64,000 bases of DNA from Deltaproteobacteria bacterium (GCA_040218735.1 JAVJQW010000033.1:96001-160000), one strand, 5' to 3'. Positions 23,670 through 33,438 are shown, counted from the first letter of the stretch. Translations and numbers: made by a program. The notes: generated from the sequence alone by a model not told the origin.

Positions 23670-24944
23670 TCAAGGGCACGCCGACGCGTCCACCACGATC
23701 TCGCCGAACAGACGAATGCTGTTGTTCGGGATGTCGACGTCGAACGGGAGCAGGTCGACCCCCGAGCCCGTCATCGGCTTCACGCGCGCGTAGACGTTGT
23801 ACGTCCCGTCCGGGGTCCCCGCCGGGACGCGGAAGACGCGCCCGATGATCTTGCTGCTCATGGGCGGAACGTCGAACGTGCGTGTGTCCGGTGATTGAAG
23901 ATCGGCGGCGGCGCCGTTCACCTCGAAGACCTGGTCCTCGGAGAACCACAGCTGCTCTTCGGTGATCAGGTTGATCGTCGAGCGGTTGTTCAGCGTGTAG
24001 CGAACCTGGACGTAGTCACCCGCGCAGACCTCGTAGCCGCCGATCGGAAAGGCGCCCGCCGGGAGGCTGGGATCCACGCCGCAGTACACCGCGCCCGCGT
24101 GAATGTCGGCGTAGGTGTCGAAGCGCGGCGACACCTTGCAGTTGTAGACCTGCTTCGCTTTGTTCGTGCCTGCTTCGGCCGCCGTCTCGAACCAGGTGTT
24201 CGACACCGTCAGATCGATCGCGCTCGTCGGGTTCGCCGCCTCGTACGTCACCTGGAGCCCGAGGAGGTCGTCCGGGAACAGCTCGGCGCGCGGCACTTCG
24301 TTCGCGCCGCGCGTCCACGCGTCGACGCCGTACGCCATCACCGAGAGGTTCTCCTTCGCGTGCGCGAGCCCGAGTGTGTGTCCGATCTCGTGCAGGAGGA
24401 TCGCGCGGAACGAGGACCCGCCGGGGAACCCGATCGCCGACAGCCCGAGGTCGTCCGGCGGCCCGAAGATCCAGTTGAAGGACTTGTTGAAGCGTGCGTG
24501 CGCCTCGACGTAGGTGCAGCCACCGAGGTCCGGGTCCGTACCGCCGACCGCGGCCTTGTTGATGTTGCTCGTGAAGCCGACGACGATCGAGTGGTCCGGA
24601 TAGCTGTCGTCCTTCTTGACCGAAGCGAGGTCGATGTCGCCCGTCATGAGGTCACCCGCCTCGAGCCGGATGAAGGTGTTGTTCGCGGTGTTGTACTCCT
24701 CGATCACCGCGTCGATGTCCGCCATCAGGTAGAGGAGGTACACAAGCGACTCGACGCCCGTGATGCCCACGCCGTCGAGGTAGTCGAAGAAGCTGTCCGT
24801 CGCGACGTGGACCTGCACCGGCGTGGAGAAGTCCCAGCTCGCGCCGCCCTGCGGGCAGTCGGACTGAAGGCGGCGGAACGCGTGGGCGGGGGTCGCCGCG
24901 AGCGACGCGGCGATGAGGAGTGCGCAGGAGATGGTTCGCGTCAT
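23670..24944 (-). CDS. Secreted matrixin-like (M10, metzincin) metalloprotease
   Basis: Signal peptide, HEIGHTLGLAH, Met-turn SVMAY and a C-terminal CARDB/Ig-like domain. Confidence 0.88.
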   Translation of the reverse strand: MTRTISCALLIAASLAATPAHAFRRLQSDCPQGGASWDFSTPVQVHVATDSFFDYLDGVGITGVESLVYLLYLMADIDAVIEEYNTANNTFIRLEAGDLMTGDIDLASVKKDDSYPDHSIVVGFTSNINKAAVGGTDPDLGGCTYVEAHARFNKSFNWIFGPPDDLGLSAIGFPGGSSFRAILLHEIGHTLGLAHAKENLSVMAYGVDAWTRGANEVPRAELFPDDLLGLQVTYEAANPTSAIDLTVSNTWFETAAEAGTNKAKQVYNCKVSPRFDTYADIHAGAVYCGVDPSLPAGAFPIGGYEVCAGDYVQVRYTLNNRSTINLITEEQLWFSEDQVFEVNGAAADLQSPDTRTFDVPPMSSKIIGRVFRVPAGTPDGTYNVYARVKPMTGSGVDLLPFDVDIPNNSIRLFGEIVVDASACP

Positions 24945-25152
24945 GTGATGATCTATGCGCCGACGGCGCGAGACCTCACGCGACGGCTCGATCCTCGTCG
25001 TATTCGACGAGCCTGCCGCCTCCAGGTATTCAAGGGAGTCGCGATGTCCATTCCCGACTAGGGAAGGAACCTGACGGGGTACGCGTACCCGGCGGCTGAA
25101 CAGTTTCAACTTCGGTCGTCGGCCGAGCTCCAGTGATACGCGGCAACGAGAC

Positions 25153-25587
25153 ATGCATCAGTGCGATGAACTACTTCGTGCGTGCGGCGTTGTCGGCGTC
25201 GGGGCGCGCCGGTTGACGGACACGGAGGCGAGCGCGTTCGTGGCGCGCGTTGTCGAGCGCTTTAGGCCGACGAAGATGTCGGGGCACCTGGCGATCGGTG
25301 ACGACTCGGCCTTGCTGGCTACCGATGCGTTCGAGTTCAGACTGGGGGCCGCGCTGACCGAGGAGCCTGTTCGGGTGTTCTTCGATCAGGAAGGTCCGAA
25401 TCGGCGATCCGTCGTGGAGCTCGACGATGGACGTCGACTGGGGGAGGTCATGGAGGAGAGCTTCGGGATGGAGTACTTCGTCGCGGACGTGTCCGCGTCG
25501 TTCCTCATCTCGGTGAATTGGTATGCGATCGAGTTTGCCGGAGCAGCGCTCGAGTTGCGGGCGAGGCTCCTTCGGGAGGGCAGGTAG
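25153..25587 (+). CDS. Hypothetical protein, possibly toxin-immunity-like (DUF6756-like)
   Basis: 144-aa standalone ORF with EESFGMEYFVAD...LISVNWY. Family resemblance is from memory only. Confidence 0.55.
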   Translation: MHQCDELLRACGVVGVGARRLTDTEASAFVARVVERFRPTKMSGHLAIGDDSALLATDAFEFRLGAALTEEPVRVFFDQEGPNRRSVVELDDGRRLGEVMEESFGMEYFVADVSASFLISVNWYAIEFAGAALELRARLLREGR

Positions 25588-25627
25588 TCGGGGCACGATC
25601 TTCGAGGCGCGTAACGCCCGAGCACGA

Positions 25628-25651
25628 AGCCGGACGCCACCGCGTCCGGCT
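25628..25651. terminator. Hairpin between convergent genes
   Basis: AGCCGGACGC-CACC-GCGTCCGGCT, a perfect 10-bp stem just past the etfA stop. No U-tract. Confidence 0.55.
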
Positions 25652-25662
25652 CCACACGTCCG

Positions 25663-26613
25663 CTACAGCTTCTCGATCAGCTCCGGCACGACCTTGAACA
25701 GGTCGGCCACGAGCCCGTAGTCGGCGATCTGGAAGATCGGCGCGTCCGGGTCCTTGTTGATCGCGACGATCGTCTTCGAACCCTTCATGCCCGCGACGTG
25801 CTGGATCGCGCCGGAGATTCCGATCGCGAAGTACAGCTCCGGCGCGACGACCTTGCCGGTCTGGCCGACCTGCATGTCGTTGGGCACCCAGCCCGCGTCG
25901 ACGACGGCGCGGCTGGCGCCGATGCCGGCGTTGAGCTTGTCGGCGAGGGGCTCGATCAGCGCCGGGAAGTTGCCGGCCTCCTTGAGGCCGCGACCGCCCG
26001 AGATGACGACGCGCGCTTCGGTGAGCTCCGGACGCTCCGACTCGATCTTGTCGAACTTCACGTACTCCGTCTTGAGCCCGCCGAGGTCGACGGAGAGCGC
26101 CTTCACCTCACCCGCGTCGCCCGGCTGGGCGGCGTCGAACTCGGTGGGGCGCGTCGTGATCACCTTCGTGTCCGTGGTGATCTCGACCGTCGCGATGACG
26201 TTACCCGCCTGCACCGGACGGCGCACCGCGAAGCCTTCGTCGCCCGCGAAGCCGAGGATGTCCGAAGCCATCCCCGCGCCGAGGAGCGCCGCCGCGCGCG
26301 GCATGACGTCCTTGCCGTGCGACGTCGCCGCCATTACGACCACCGTCGCGCCCGCGGCCTCCGCGCCGGCCTTGATGACCTTCGCGTACGCCTCGGCGAG
26401 CGGGTTCGCGAGCGCCGCGTCGTCCGCCACGTGGACGGCCGCGCCGTACTTCGCGAGCTCACCTGCGGCTTCGCCGATGCCCGAGCCGATCGCGAGCAGC
26501 TGCACGTTGCCGCCGCTGCGCTTCGCCGCCTCGTTCGCAAACGTGACCGCGGTGAATGTGGCGCCCTTGATCGCGCCTTCCGAGATTTCGCTGACGACCA
26601 GTACGTTCGACAT
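25663..26613 (-). CDS. etfA: Electron transfer flavoprotein subunit alpha
   Basis: RPELTEARVVISGGRG, GASRAVVDAGW, QVGQTGKVVAPELYFAIGISGAIQH and AINKDPDAPIF. Confidence 0.97.
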   Translation of the reverse strand: MSNVLVVSEISEGAIKGATFTAVTFANEAAKRSGGNVQLLAIGSGIGEAAGELAKYGAAVHVADDAALANPLAEAYAKVIKAGAEAAGATVVVMAATSHGKDVMPRAAALLGAGMASDILGFAGDEGFAVRRPVQAGNVIATVEITTDTKVITTRPTEFDAAQPGDAGEVKALSVDLGGLKTEYVKFDKIESERPELTEARVVISGGRGLKEAGNFPALIEPLADKLNAGIGASRAVVDAGWVPNDMQVGQTGKVVAPELYFAIGISGAIQHVAGMKGSKTIVAINKDPDAPIFQIADYGLVADLFKVVPELIEKL

Positions 26614-27401
26614 CACAGCACCTTCGCTTCGTTCTTGAGCTTACCGAGCAGCTCGTCCACGTCCTCGACCTTCACGCCCGCCTGCCGCTCGGGCGGCTCG
26701 GCGTACTTCACGGTGCGGACCTTCGCGGAGACGTCGACGCCGAGGCTGTCGACCGCGATCTCCTTCACCTCCTTCTTCTTCGCCTTCATGATGCCGGGCA
26801 GCGAGGCGAAGCGGGGGTGGTTGAGGCGAAGGTCGGTCGTGACGATCGCCGGGAGCTTCAGCTTGAGCGTCTCGAGGCCGCCGTCGACCTCACGCAGCAC
26901 GGTCGCGTGACCGTCCGCGACTTCGACGCCGGGCTTTTGCGCCTTCTCCTCGTCGGAGTCGAGCGCGGCCGTCTTCGACGCAAACGTCGCCTGCGGCCAG
27001 TCGAGGTACCCCGCGAGGAGCTGACCCGCCTGGTTGGCGTCGTCGTCGGTGGCCTGCTTGCCCATGATCACCAGATCGGGCTGCTCGTCTTCGACGATCT
27101 TCTGCAGCAGGCGCGCGACGGCGTCGGGGTCGAGCTCGTCGCTGAGCACGAGGATGCCGCGGTTGGCACCCATCGCCAGACCCTGTCGGATCTGCTGCGT
27201 GGCGTCTTTGCTACCAATGCTCGCGACGACGACTTCGCCGCCGTGGGCCTTGGCCAGGCGCAGCGCTTCTTCGACGGCGATTTCGTCGAAGGGGTTGGCT
27301 ACGAAGTTCATGCCGTCGGTCACCAGGCCGGACCCGTCGGGCGCGATCTTGACCTTGCGCTCGTAGTCCGTGACCCGCTTGACGGTGACGAGGATCTTCA
27401 T
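26613..27401 (-). CDS. etfB: Electron transfer flavoprotein subunit beta
   Basis: MKILVTVKRV, NPFDEIAVEEA, GKQATDDD, REVDGG and PRFASLPGIMKAKKK. Confidence 0.97.
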   Translation of the reverse strand: MKILVTVKRVTDYERKVKIAPDGSGLVTDGMNFVANPFDEIAVEEALRLAKAHGGEVVVASIGSKDATQQIRQGLAMGANRGILVLSDELDPDAVARLLQKIVEDEQPDLVIMGKQATDDDANQAGQLLAGYLDWPQATFASKTAALDSDEEKAQKPGVEVADGHATVLREVDGGLETLKLKLPAIVTTDLRLNHPRFASLPGIMKAKKKEVKEIAVDSLGVDVSAKVRTVKYAEPPERQAGVKVEDVDELLGKLKNEAKVL

Positions 27402-27474
27402 GGACGTCTCCTATCGGTTGAGACCGGCTGCACCCCCGCTCGGAATTGATGCGGTGTGTCAGTCGGTGGTCCGC

Positions 27475-27505
27475 GGTTTAGTGTTCCGTTGACTCGCGTG
27501 TCAAC
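27475..27505 (-). promoter_or_regulatory. Putative etfBA promoter overlapping a palindromic operator
   Basis: Minus strand TTGACA (27504-27499), 18 nt, TAAACC. The -35 lies inside the palindrome GTTGACTCGCGTGTCAAC (27488-27505). Confidence 0.45.
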
Positions 27506-27553
27506 CGTTGCGAGGTCGGGTCCCGCGTGCTACCCGCCAACGCCAACGGACTC

Positions 27554-28330
27554 GTGGCCCGCATCATCGCCATTGCCAACCAAAAAGGTGGCGTCGGAAA
27601 GACCACCACCGCGGTGAACCTCGGGGCGTCCCTAGCTGCGGACGGCCGGAAGGTCCTCGTGGTGGACATCGATCCCCAAGGGAACGCCTCCAGCGGCGTG
27701 GGCGTGCCCATGGCCGAGCTGGAGCAGGGGGTCTACGACATCCTCATCAACGGGGTGGCCGCCGAACAGATCGTGCGGTCGACCGACATCGAGACGCTCT
27801 GGGTCGCCCCCGCGAACCGCGACCTCGCGGGCGCCTCCCTCGAGCTCGCGAGCCTCGAAGCCGCGCACACGCGCCTGCGAGAACAGCTCGCCCCGATCCG
27901 CGACCGCTACGACTACATCGTCATCGACTGCCCGCCGTCGCTCGACCTCCTCACGATCAACGGCCTCACCGCCGCCGACTCCGTGCTCATCCCGGTGCAG
28001 TGCGAGTACTACGCGATGGAGGGGCTCTCGAAGCTCGTCGAGACCATCGAGATGGTGCGCGACAGCTTGAACGAGCAGCTCACGATCGAAGGCATCCTCT
28101 TCACGATGTACGACCCGCGGAACAACCTCTCGGGCCAGGTCGTCAACGAGGTCCGCGGCTACTTCACCGACAAGGTCTTCGAGACGATGATCCCGCGGAA
28201 CATCCGCCTCTCCGAGGCGCCGTCGTTCGGGCAGCCCTGCATCCTCTACGACATCGCGAGCCGCGGCTCGCAGTGTTACCTGCAGCTCGCCCGCGAGCTC
28301 GAGTCCCGGCACCCCGCCGAAGCCGCCTAG
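27554..28330 (+). CDS. parA: ParA/Soj family ATPase
   Basis: IANQKGGVGKTTT, DIDPQGNAS, IDCPPSL, PVQCEYYAMEGL and IPRNIRLSEAPSFG. Confidence 0.92.
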   Translation: MARIIAIANQKGGVGKTTTAVNLGASLAADGRKVLVVDIDPQGNASSGVGVPMAELEQGVYDILINGVAAEQIVRSTDIETLWVAPANRDLAGASLELASLEAAHTRLREQLAPIRDRYDYIVIDCPPSLDLLTINGLTAADSVLIPVQCEYYAMEGLSKLVETIEMVRDSLNEQLTIEGILFTMYDPRNNLSGQVVNEVRGYFTDKVFETMIPRNIRLSEAPSFGQPCILYDIASRGSQCYLQLARELESRHPAEAA

Positions 28331-30226
28331 TCACTTTCTCAGCGCACGCCGCAAGAGGCTCCGGCAACGTCGGACCGTTGGTCCGCGCGCGCCGAACGCT
28401 TCTCCGTTGTCGATACACGCGTTGACGGCCGTACGCTCTCCGGTCCCCGCGGCGAGCCGTGCTTCACAGAGGCGTCGCATCGTCCGCAGCGCGTCGAGCG
28501 CGGCCTCCAGGCGCTGCTGCTCCGACTGGAACGGGTCCTCCGCCTTACGGATGCTCGCGTCGATCCGCTCCCAGGCCTTGGCGTCTTCTCGTGACGACGC
28601 GAGGTCGCGGCGCGTGTTCGCGACCATCGCGCGGACCTTTTCGGCGTCCTTCGCGTTGGGTCGCAGCTGGAGGTAGCGCTCGTAGTGCTCGATGGCCTTC
28701 TCGTGGTCGTCGTTTCGTGCGTGCAGCACGCCGAGTGATCGGTGGCTCGGGGCGTGGTTCGGGTTCGCGCGCACCGCGGCCTCCAGTGCTTCCTCCGCGC
28801 GTCGGAGCTCGCCGAGCAGGAGATACCGATTCCCCGCGGTGTAGAGCTGCGCATCCGAGGGGCGCGATGGTTGCGGTGCTCCCGAGGCCTCGGGCGCCGC
28901 GCCACCGTCCCGTACGATGCGCTCCGCCTCGGCGCGGGGGGCTGCGCCCGGGCGCTGGATGACGCCGGGGCTTCGGGCGGGCCGACGCTCCGGCTCGGCG
29001 CGAGGCTGCTCCCGCACGGCGACGCGTGTCGCCATCGCGACCAACAAACCCATCGCAAGAGCGATCAAGACGTAGAGCCCGACCTTTCGACGTCGGCGCG
29101 GAGGCGCGCGGCGGACCGCAGGCCTTCGGGGCGGCTTGGGCTTGGCGTTACGGACGTCGGTGCGCGTCGGCTCGGCGGGACGTGCGACCGGGTCCGTGCG
29201 CGTCGCGTCGACCTCGAACAGGTCTGCGTTCACCTGCCCGGTGGTTTCGAGCGCTCCTTCGGACGCGGCCGTCATCGCGTCGATCCACGACCGCACTGCG
29301 GCGCGGGAGACCTCCAGACGGACGGACTCGACGGCGGAGGTGAGGTCGAGGCGAAACGCCTCCGCGCTCGCGTGGCGGTCGCCCGGCGCGGGGGAGAGGG
29401 CTCGCTCCACTACGCGGGCAACGAGGGGCGGCACGCCGTGTGAAGTCGGCTTCGGGTAGGCGCGCTGGGACTGGGCTTCGATCAGCTCGTCCACCGGGGA
29501 GCGGCGAAACGCGCGCTGCCCGGTCATCGCCTCGAGCGCTACGACACCCATCGCGAACACGTCGGACGCGACGGTCGCTTCCGCGCCGCGGAGCCGCTCC
29601 GGCGCCAGGTAGCGAAGCGTACCCACGAACTTCTGGTTGACGGTCAGGCGCGTGTGTACGGCGCGGCGAGCGAGGCCGAAGTCGATGAGCTTCGTCGAGC
29701 CGTTGGTCAGCACCATCAAGTTCGACGGTTTGAGATCACGGTGCAGGAGGCCGAGCGCGTGCGCGGCCTCCAACCCCGCGCACGTATCGGTGACGATCTG
29801 CAGGACCGCGGGCAGATCGACGCGGCCCCGCGCCTGCTGGATCAGCGCGCCGAGCGCGACGCCGTCGAGGAACTCCATCACGATGTAGGGCGGGCTCTCG
29901 GAGAGGTCGAGATCGAAGAGCTGCACCACGTTGGGGTGACGGAGGCGGTGGAGCGCCTCCGCTTCGTGTCGAAAGCGGACCAGCGCGGTCTCCTCGGTGC
30001 TCGGGAGGATCGTCTTGAGGACACAGACGCGGTCGAGCGCTCGGTGCGTCGCGAGGTGCACCGCGCCCATCCCGCCGCGCGCTACCTCGCGCAGGATGAC
30101 GTACGGACCGATCGAACCCGGCTTCACTTGGATCCCGAGGCCCACGTCGACGAGCGGCTCGATCCCCACGGACAGGTCGTCATGTTGGACGCCGATTCGG
30201 CTGCGGAGCCCGGGTGCGACGTGCAC
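28331..30226 (-). CDS. Membrane Ser/Thr protein kinase with extracytoplasmic TPR domain
   Basis: GGMGAV, HRDLKPSN, DFG and APE motifs, a TM helix and TPR-like repeats (AEEALEAAVRANPNHA...YERYLQLRP). Start uncertain. Confidence 0.9.
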   Translation of the reverse strand: MHVAPGLRSRIGVQHDDLSVGIEPLVDVGLGIQVKPGSIGPYVILREVARGGMGAVHLATHRALDRVCVLKTILPSTEETALVRFRHEAEALHRLRHPNVVQLFDLDLSESPPYIVMEFLDGVALGALIQQARGRVDLPAVLQIVTDTCAGLEAAHALGLLHRDLKPSNLMVLTNGSTKLIDFGLARRAVHTRLTVNQKFVGTLRYLAPERLRGAEATVASDVFAMGVVALEAMTGQRAFRRSPVDELIEAQSQRAYPKPTSHGVPPLVARVVERALSPAPGDRHASAEAFRLDLTSAVESVRLEVSRAAVRSWIDAMTAASEGALETTGQVNADLFEVDATRTDPVARPAEPTRTDVRNAKPKPPRRPAVRRAPPRRRRKVGLYVLIALAMGLLVAMATRVAVREQPRAEPERRPARSPGVIQRPGAAPRAEAERIVRDGGAAPEASGAPQPSRPSDAQLYTAGNRYLLLGELRRAEEALEAAVRANPNHAPSHRSLGVLHARNDDHEKAIEHYERYLQLRPNAKDAEKVRAMVANTRRDLASSREDAKAWERIDASIRKAEDPFQSEQQRLEAALDALRTMRRLCEARLAAGTGERTAVNACIDNGEAFGARGPTVRRCRSLLRRALRK

Positions 30227-30260
30227 ATGCTCCGCGGGATCATAGCCGAGGATGCGTCGG

Positions 30261-30896
30261 CTACCGCACGACCACGGGCACCGAGGTCGCGGCGCCCCCG
30301 TAGCGCACCCGCACCGTCGTCTCGCCGGGGGCGAGCGCTCGCAGCGTCCCGGGGGTCGCGCAGGGATCGCGCTCCACGACCTCGAGTACGTCGGGATCGT
30401 CGACGGCGACTTCGCGCTTGCCGTACACGACGCGCTCGTCGGCGTTCGTCGCCGACAGGCTCAGGATCGCGTTCGTCCCGCGCGTCAGGAGGACCGTGCC
30501 ATCGCGGGTCTGTCCGCCGTCGATCGCGACGTCGATCGCCGTGACCGCCACCGACTCGAGCTCGATGCTCCCGAAGTAGCCGACTCCGCTCATCTCGACG
30601 ATCGAGACGCCGCTGCGTTCGGCGCGCAGGGTCGTGCCAGCGAGGAGCTCCCACGCCTCTCCCGAGACCACGTTCACTTCGAGCGTGGCCGGCGTGGGCT
30701 CACGACACGTGGACTGGCCGAAGGACTCGCAGCGGACGTGGCTCTGGAGATCCACGGTCGTCCCGACCGCGTACGCCTGACGGGGCGCAAAGTCGCGCCC
30801 CTGTTGGCACCCGCGCGCTCGCGCCGAGACCTCCACGTTCTGTTGGCCCAAGGAACACGCGGGCAGCAGCGCGACGAAGACGAACCTGTGCACCAT
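30261..30896 (-). CDS. Lipoprotein with Ig-like (Big_2-like) domains
   Basis: Lipobox LLPAC and the motif VDDPDVLEV...GTLRALAPGETTVRVRYGG. Confidence 0.7.
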   Translation of the reverse strand: MVHRFVFVALLPACSLGQQNVEVSARARGCQQGRDFAPRQAYAVGTTVDLQSHVRCESFGQSTCREPTPATLEVNVVSGEAWELLAGTTLRAERSGVSIVEMSGVGYFGSIELESVAVTAIDVAIDGGQTRDGTVLLTRGTNAILSLSATNADERVVYGKREVAVDDPDVLEVVERDPCATPGTLRALAPGETTVRVRYGGAATSVPVVVR

Positions 30897-31004
30897 GCAG
30901 CGTGAAGAGACCAAGGTTCGTGCCACGGCGACCACGCCGCGCGAGCGCGCGTCGCGTGTGCCGCCGCCTGCACACTGTGCAACCCGGCGTACACGGCTGC
31001 CGCG

Positions 31005-32300
31005 TCAGAGCGATAGGCCCGCGCCGATCGCCACCTCGATCCCGAGCGCCACGCGATCGTTCACCACCGGACCGACGCGCCCGCGCACGCCACCGAGGAC
31101 GTGCACGACCTCGGTGACGTCGAGGAGCCCGAACAGCTCCGCGAACAGGCCGTAGCGGGTGATGGCGTCGCCCTCGATCGTGCCCCTCGGATCCGCGCCG
31201 ATGCGCCAGCCGTCGATGAACAGGCCGCCGCCGGGGCGGATGTGGAAGTCCGACGACGAGTAGCGGTCGTAGCGTACGCCGAGCTGCACGCCGAGGTACT
31301 CCGGGGAGCTGAACGCCACTTCGACGGCGCGGTCCCCGTTCACGAACACCTCGGAGTAAGAGCCCGGCGCGAACCCGATCGGCACGCCGACGCCGATGGT
31401 CACGCCGCCCGGGAAGCGGGCGTCGAGGTGCGGCGTGAACCGAAACGTCCCCGACGGCGCGAGCGCGTTGGTGTCGATGCGGACACCTTCGCCCGCGCCC
31501 TCCACGCGGGCGCCGATTCCGTCGAAGCCCCAGCTCGCATCGACGCCGACCAGCACCTTGGTGCGATCCACCGCCGCGAGCATCTTTTCATCTTGCTCGA
31601 CGTCGATCGCGTCGAGCTTCGCGCGGGTCGAGGCGTCGCCCTCGGTTGCGCCGGGGAACTTCGCGAAGGTCTTCGCCGTGAACGCCGCGGCCGACGCGTT
31701 CGCGAGATCGTCGTGCGGCCCCACGACGCCGTACTCGAGGAGCGCGGAGTCCGGGTTGAGCCAGGCCTCGGAAGGGAAGTCGACCGCGTCGCGCGACCAC
31801 AGCCGCAAGCCGGTCTTTGCGTCGAAGACGTACGCTTGGCCCACGAGGAGCCGCCCTTGGCGCGGCTCGAGGGGAGGCTTCTTCGACGTGGCGCCCTGTC
31901 GCGCAGCTTGCAGATCGTAGACCGTCTGCTTGGAGACGTAGAAGCGATCGACCGGCTGCACCCGGACCACGATCACGAGGTCGGCCTCGGCGCCTGCGAT
32001 CGTCGGGCCCTCGAACGGGGTGACGGCGTAGCCCTTCGCTTCGAGCTGCTTCACCACGGCCGACGCGAGCGCCGCGGTCATGGCCGGGTCGGTCGCGTCG
32101 AGCGCGAGTGTCGTTTCACGCTCCACCGGTCCGGGGCTCTCGACACGAAAGTGCTCGCCGCTCTCGGTGGCCGGCGCCGCGGCGACGAACAGGGCGACGC
32201 TCTGCTTGGGGAGCTTGGCGAGGCCCTTCCGCTGGTACGCACGCCCCTGCGTCGATGCGCAGCCGAAACAGAGCAATCCAAGGGTTAGGGCCGCCCGCAT
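31005..32300 (-). CDS. Lipoprotein with C-terminal beta-barrel-like domain
   Basis: Lipobox LCFGC, an alpha/beta N-terminal domain and amphipathic strands at the C-terminus. Confidence 0.65.
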   Translation of the reverse strand: MRAALTLGLLCFGCASTQGRAYQRKGLAKLPKQSVALFVAAAPATESGEHFRVESPGPVERETTLALDATDPAMTAALASAVVKQLEAKGYAVTPFEGPTIAGAEADLVIVVRVQPVDRFYVSKQTVYDLQAARQGATSKKPPLEPRQGRLLVGQAYVFDAKTGLRLWSRDAVDFPSEAWLNPDSALLEYGVVGPHDDLANASAAAFTAKTFAKFPGATEGDASTRAKLDAIDVEQDEKMLAAVDRTKVLVGVDASWGFDGIGARVEGAGEGVRIDTNALAPSGTFRFTPHLDARFPGGVTIGVGVPIGFAPGSYSEVFVNGDRAVEVAFSSPEYLGVQLGVRYDRYSSSDFHIRPGGGLFIDGWRIGADPRGTIEGDAITRYGLFAELFGLLDVTEVVHVLGGVRGRVGPVVNDRVALGIEVAIGAGLSL

Positions 32301-32530
32301 AGAAAGACCACGCCCTCCACCTGCACTTCCTTCGGCCGGTACTCGATGCACGCGCCCCCGTCCGAGCACGTCATGTCTTCGTCGCAGCGCTCCAAGCACG
32401 CGCGTCGACCGGTGATCACGTTGACCGCGCAGGCCTCGCCCGCGCCGCAGTCCGTGCCCTCGCTGCATACGTCTTCGCCTCCGCCGCAGCCGAGTGCGAA
32501 CACAAACACGATCGTGATCGCTCGCTGCAC
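32285..32530 (-). CDS. Small Cys-rich lipoprotein
   Basis: Lipobox ALGC plus 8 further Cys in C..DC...C patterns. Overlaps the start of the next gene. Confidence 0.7.
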   Translation of the reverse strand: MQRAITIVFVFALGCGGGEDVCSEGTDCGAGEACAVNVITGRRACLERCDEDMTCSDGGACIEYRPKEVQVEGVVFLCGRP

Positions 32531-32578
32531 GTCGGATCGATAGCGCACTCCGTCGCAGCGCGCATCCTGGACGGTGGC

Positions 32579-33337
32579 TCAGGTCGCGCCGCGCCAGGCG
32601 TCGCGATCCGCGAGGACGACGATCGCGAAGACACACCACATCAACGTGTGGGCGAGCGCGGGTGTCACATCATCGGGGAGGGCGCGGTGTGAGTTGAACA
32701 GGTGCATGCCAGCATGCACGAGCACCATCGGGAGGAGGTGTTGGTCGGTGCGGTTGTAGAGCCAACTCATCCCCACGCTCCCCGCCAGGATCATCAGGAA
32801 GCCGAGGCCCATCGCGCCCACCGACAACCCGGCGAGGTAGAACATGAGTACGTGCCACACGGCCCAGACCGCGCCGAGGATCAGCGCGGCGGTGAGGCGC
32901 GAGTAGCGGCGCTGCAGGCGAGGGAGCGCGAAGCCGCGCCACCCGATCTCCTCGACGATCGGCACGAGCGCCAACGCGACGAAGTGCTGCGGCAGCGTGG
33001 GGAGGTGAAGATACGAACGGTCGCCCCAGGCGCCGAACGCTGCGAACGCGGCGCCCCCGATCACGAGCAGCGCGCCCGGCAAGACCAACGCTCCGGCGTA
33101 CCACGCGAGCCAGCGCGACCGAGGTCGCAGTCCGCCGAACAGCGCGCGCAGCGACGCATCGCGGTCGCGGACCGTGAAGACGATCGCGGCGACGAGCGGG
33201 CCGAAGCCCCCGAGCCCCGCCAGTGGCACGAGCGACTCGAACGGCGTCGCGATGATCCCGGCCTTCGCGAGCGCGGCCGGGAGCTGGAGCCCGAGCGTGA
33301 ATACGAGCGTGAGGGCGAAGAACGGGGCGACATTCAT
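32579..33337 (-). CDS. CPBP (CAAX/Abi) family intramembrane endopeptidase
   Basis: EEIGWRG, WAVWH and HAGMH motifs with multiple TM helices. Confidence 0.9.
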   Translation of the reverse strand: MNVAPFFALTLVFTLGLQLPAALAKAGIIATPFESLVPLAGLGGFGPLVAAIVFTVRDRDASLRALFGGLRPRSRWLAWYAGALVLPGALLVIGGAAFAAFGAWGDRSYLHLPTLPQHFVALALVPIVEEIGWRGFALPRLQRRYSRLTAALILGAVWAVWHVLMFYLAGLSVGAMGLGFLMILAGSVGMSWLYNRTDQHLLPMVLVHAGMHLFNSHRALPDDVTPALAHTLMWCVFAIVVLADRDAWRGAT

Positions 33338-33438
33338 CCGCGGGCTTCGACACTCCAGCCACGCGTCGGGTTCCCACATCGGACGGACGACGTACACCTT
33401 CCACCGAACCAAAAGTTCCTGAACCCGATAACCGTCGA

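Noticed and set aside
24994-25011. Small hairpin CTCGTCG-TATT-CGACGAG upstream of the matrixin gene
   Set aside because: A 7-bp stem is expected by chance in high-GC DNA.
27402-27553. parS site or oriC next to parA
   Set aside because: No match to TGTTTCACGTGAAACA and no DnaA-box cluster was seen.
32579-33337. CPBP protease as the myxosortase for the MYXO-CTERM-like adhesin
   Set aside because: Myxosortases are CPBP-family enzymes, but this one has generic EEIGWRG/WAVWH motifs and lies about 20 kb away. An HMM assignment would be needed.
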